A stretch of DNA of 64,000 nt from Chloroflexota bacterium (GTDB lineage Bacteria > Chloroflexota > UBA11872 > VXOZ01): positions 448,001 through 512,000 of the forward strand of contig OZ244922.1 in NCBI GenBank assembly GCA_965221905.1. Direction: 5' to 3'. Of this stretch, positions 61,137 through 64,000 are shown one piece after another (within the stretch, counting starts at the first letter, position 1; every line of letters begins with the position of its first letter). The translations under genes and the position numbers were made by a program. The notes beneath the pieces were generated by a model. That model was not told the DNA's origin, did not search any database, and saw only the letters and a list, made by a program, of their open reading frames with translations.

Positions 61137-62021
61137 ATGGCCGGTAAACCCCTCTATGTGATCTTCACGCAGGACTGCGAGCAACTCATGGACGACTCCA
61201 TTCACGGTGGGCCTACGGAATGGAGCGTCAGCGAACGGTCGGTCACGGGCTTTGCGGACACCTTGGAGGATTACGGCTTGAGCGCGACGTTCTTCATCGT
61301 GGCGCAGACGGCAGCGGCACAGCCTGCGCTGTACCGGGACTTGGAAAAGCGCGGTTTCGAAATCGGCTTGCACATACACCCGCAGGACACCGGTCTTGGG
61401 TACACTGACTATCTCGGCGGGTACACGTTCGACGAACAGGTGAGCCTCTTTGAAAGAGTAACGGACCAGTGGGCAAATGCCATTGGCAAACGACCGACCA
61501 CCTTCCGGGGCGGCAATTTTTCCGCTAACGATCACACGTATCCCGCGCTCGCCGCCACGGGCTTTACACATGGCAGTGTCTCTTCACCGGGCCGGCAGTA
61601 CAACGATGCCAAGGCCGTCTGGCAGGGCGCCGTCTCCTACGCGCATTACGCCCACAAAGCGAACCGTCTCTTTCCCGGCGACCTTGACTTCTACGAGATA
61701 CCCCTCACCTGCGACCAGGTGCGGCGGCGCGCGCCGCATCTGCCGATGGAATTGCGCATCGAGGGCGGCGATCCGGCATCACATCGGCAGACCATCCGCC
61801 AAGCCTGGGCGGACATGGCGGAGTATGATGACGAAATGCCCAAGATCATCATGCCCTTCACCCACAACACGCACTTTTACGCCGACACCAACGGTGAGAA
61901 ACGGTTGGCGCTCGATGCTATCGTGGATGAAATCAACACGATTGCTGAGGAAGAAGGCTGCGAGGTCGTCGGCGGTACCATTGGCAGCGTCTACGCGGCG
62001 GTGGAAGGGATACGCAATTAG
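61137..62021 (+). CDS. Polysaccharide deacetylase family protein
   Basis: FTQDCE, ATFF, EIGLHIHP, FRGG. Confidence 0.8.
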   Translation: MAGKPLYVIFTQDCEQLMDDSIHGGPTEWSVSERSVTGFADTLEDYGLSATFFIVAQTAAAQPALYRDLEKRGFEIGLHIHPQDTGLGYTDYLGGYTFDEQVSLFERVTDQWANAIGKRPTTFRGGNFSANDHTYPALAATGFTHGSVSSPGRQYNDAKAVWQGAVSYAHYAHKANRLFPGDLDFYEIPLTCDQVRRRAPHLPMELRIEGGDPASHRQTIRQAWADMAEYDDEMPKIIMPFTHNTHFYADTNGEKRLALDAIVDEINTIAEEEGCEVVGGTIGSVYAAVEGIRN

Positions 62022-62078
62022 CCCGATGGGCTAGGTAGGTCGACGACGGAAAGCTGTAGCAAACAGGAGGATATTCCC

Positions 62079-63116
62079 ATGCGGCAAGTGGTACAGTCAG
62101 GAACGCCCAATGAAATGGGTCTCCAGCATGGCGCAGCATTTGCGGACATAATTCCCCTGGCGGTGAAACGGTTCGCGCTGGACCGGGGCTGGAATACGGC
62201 GCACGGGAGGCGGGTGCTGCGGCAGGTGGAGCGCAACCTAGACAGAGTGTTCCCTGAGTCTCTGGAGGAACTTCACGCCATTGCGGACGCCGCCAATGTG
62301 AACTTCGACGATCTCCTTGCCTACAATGCTTGCCAGGAAATCGGACGCTCCCGCGAAGAATGCACAAATGTCGCGCTGGCGGGTACACCCAACGGCACCA
62401 TCCATTTCAAGTCGAATGACGTGAGCGCCGATATGAAGCAATACCATGTCTTGCAAGAGACTCATCCCGACCGCGGACTCGCCTTCATCGGGGTGAACTA
62501 CGTCGGTACCACGTGGCTAAATGCGGGCGTAAACGAAGCCGGTCTCACCTATGGCGGCAGCAGCATTCCCAACAATGATAGCGATTGGGATGGTATCCCA
62601 TCGAATACGCTTCTACGTTATCTATTGCAGTATTCTGACACCGTTGACGCGGTGGCCGACATGGTGGCGCGCACGCCTATTATGAACCACGGCCTCAACC
62701 TCATGTTCACCGATCCGAGCGGCGCTGCTATCGTCGTGGAACGCTCGCCCACCCGCACGGCCGTGCGGCGCATGGATAGCCACACCATCTGGAATACGAA
62801 CCACTACTTGGGCGACGAGATGCAGGCGGTGCTGAAAAACGACGGCGGGGCGGCAGCCGCCAATAGTCGCGACCGCTTTACGGTGCTCGAGCGACTGACC
62901 GCGGAGCAGCCCCACTCGCTGGAGCAACTCGTGCGGATTGCGCGCACCCATACCGAGCCCGCGGACATCTGTCGGCACGGCCCCCTGGCACACAGCATCA
63001 TGGGCTACATTATGATTGCGCAGGAACGCAGCCTGCTGGTGAGCGCTGGCTACCCGTGCGAGAATGAGTTCGAGGCATTTACGTTCTCAAAGGCGCCCGC
63101 AGCCGCAGCGTCTTGA
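62079..63116 (+). CDS. C45 family autoproteolytic acyltransferase/hydrolase (Ntn)
   Basis: GLQHG, E/CT nucleophile, GVNEAGL, TNHY, SRDR. Confidence 0.85.
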   Translation: MRQVVQSGTPNEMGLQHGAAFADIIPLAVKRFALDRGWNTAHGRRVLRQVERNLDRVFPESLEELHAIADAANVNFDDLLAYNACQEIGRSREECTNVALAGTPNGTIHFKSNDVSADMKQYHVLQETHPDRGLAFIGVNYVGTTWLNAGVNEAGLTYGGSSIPNNDSDWDGIPSNTLLRYLLQYSDTVDAVADMVARTPIMNHGLNLMFTDPSGAAIVVERSPTRTAVRRMDSHTIWNTNHYLGDEMQAVLKNDGGAAAANSRDRFTVLERLTAEQPHSLEQLVRIARTHTEPADICRHGPLAHSIMGYIMIAQERSLLVSAGYPCENEFEAFTFSKAPAAAAS

Positions 63117-63168
63117 CGATGGGATAACGCAGCGAGTCGTTACCGATAGTGCCCGGCTCTCGTTGCCT

Positions 63169-63236
63169 GTCACTCCGGCGAAAGCCGGAGTCTAGGAAAA
63201 TTGCGCAGATGGATTCCCGCAGTCGCTGGAATGACG
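63169..63236. repeat. Family B CGTC-type REP inverted doublet
   Basis: GTCACTCCGGCGAAAGCCGGAGTCTA and TGGATTCCCGCAGTCGCTGGAATGACG. Confidence 0.85.
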
Positions 63237-63419
63237 ATTCGGTCACGCTCAAGTTTTCTCGGCAATTGGGGGAGAGTGGAGTTTGTCAATTGGTTAAACA
63301 TCAATTACAAGAATGACAAGAAGCGCCACCCATCGCAGGGGCAGCGACTAAGTATGCTGATTTCGTTGATGGTTGAATCTGGCGAACTTATATGACTATT
63401 GCGTAATAGCAGTAACCCA

Positions 63420-64000
63420 ATGAAGATCACCCTTGACGATTACCGGTTCATCGGCGCCGAACTGGCGCGGTACATTGCGGCGCACGTACCCGGTCTCGAT
63501 GCGGCCGTGTACTGCAAGCATCATCTCGGCACGCTCACGCCGGGATTCAGCGACCACGATCTGCGAACCGTTGCTGCAGCGCCCGATGCTGATTCCTGGC
63601 TGGCGCTGAGCCGGGCGGGCGGTGAATCGTACGTGGAACTGCTTGAACAGGCGCCCCACTACGCCCGCATCTTGGAGCATCCCCCCGGCTTCATTTGCTC
63701 GCCGGACGAGGCGCAGCAGCTCTTGCCGCTCATGGGCGAGGTCCGCGATTGGCAGCGGATCGGCGGCGTGGCGAATGCGCTGGATGAGGTGCTGGCAAAT
63801 CAGCCTCCTCAGCTTACTCCGGCCCAGCAGCTTGAGGCGTGCGGAAAGTACAAGATGTTCCTGGTACCGCGACCGGAACAGTTCGACCCGCCCATCAATC
63901 TGCTGCCGGAATACTTGCCATATTATCCAGTCTACGGCGCGCTGTCGCACTGGTTCTTGCCGGCGGCAAAGTTGGCGTGCGGCCTGCTGCGCGGTGCGTG
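63420..64000 (+). CDS. Hypothetical protein, possible nucleotidyltransferase-fold N-domain (runs off window)
   Basis: Not in the ORF track; translated by hand as MKITLDDYRF..TPGFSDHDLR..RILEHPPG, with GC3-rich codons. Confidence 0.65.
   Translation, partial: MKITLDDYRFIGAELARYIAAHVPGLDAAVYCKHHLGTLTPGFSDHDLRTVAAAPDADSWLALSRAGGESYVELLEQAPHYARILEHPPGFICSPDEAQQLLPLMGEVRDWQRIGGVANALDEVLANQPPQLTPAQQLEACGKYKMFLVPRPEQFDPPINLLPEYLPYYPVYGALSHWFLPAAKLACGLLRGA

Noticed and set aside
63396-63950. 184-aa minus-strand ORF
   Set aside because: Shadow of the plus-strand ORF starting at 63420 that runs off the window

Overview
GC-rich bacterial chromosomal window, probably Chloroflexota. This is inferred from the short EF-Ts, a Chloroflexi-type C-terminal module on a secreted glycoside hydrolase, and many Gfo/Idh/MocA, PhyH and ceramidase-like genes; it was not verified. 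Housekeeping blocks are comEC-proC, iscS, ribD-ribE-ribBA-ribH, trxB-clpP-clpX and rpsB-tsf-pyrH-frr-uppS-cdsA. They alternate with carbohydrate/amine-modifying enzyme clusters and isolated nuclease or methyltransferase genes. Intergenic DNA carries at least five families of REP-like palindromes. The most striking structure is a 101-aa stand-alone GIY-YIG nuclease gene (42556-42861) bracketed on both sides by inverted doublets of a 33-bp hairpin. This hairpin shows compensatory stem changes, recurs at three distant loci, and is repeatedly followed by local tandem duplications, giving a RAYT/REPIN-like architecture built on a different nuclease. Other notable items are an IS5 inserted in an HsdS-like gene, a 287-bp IS481-derived MITE inserted into a REP hairpin with a 6-bp TSD, three diverged NIF3-like paralogues, a P450/Rieske deletion scar, a tandem pair of unknown CxxC paralogues and a structured ~230-nt leader before an orphan ABC sugar-binding protein. 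No rRNA, tRNA or CRISPR array was recognised. All calls are by eye, with no database searches.
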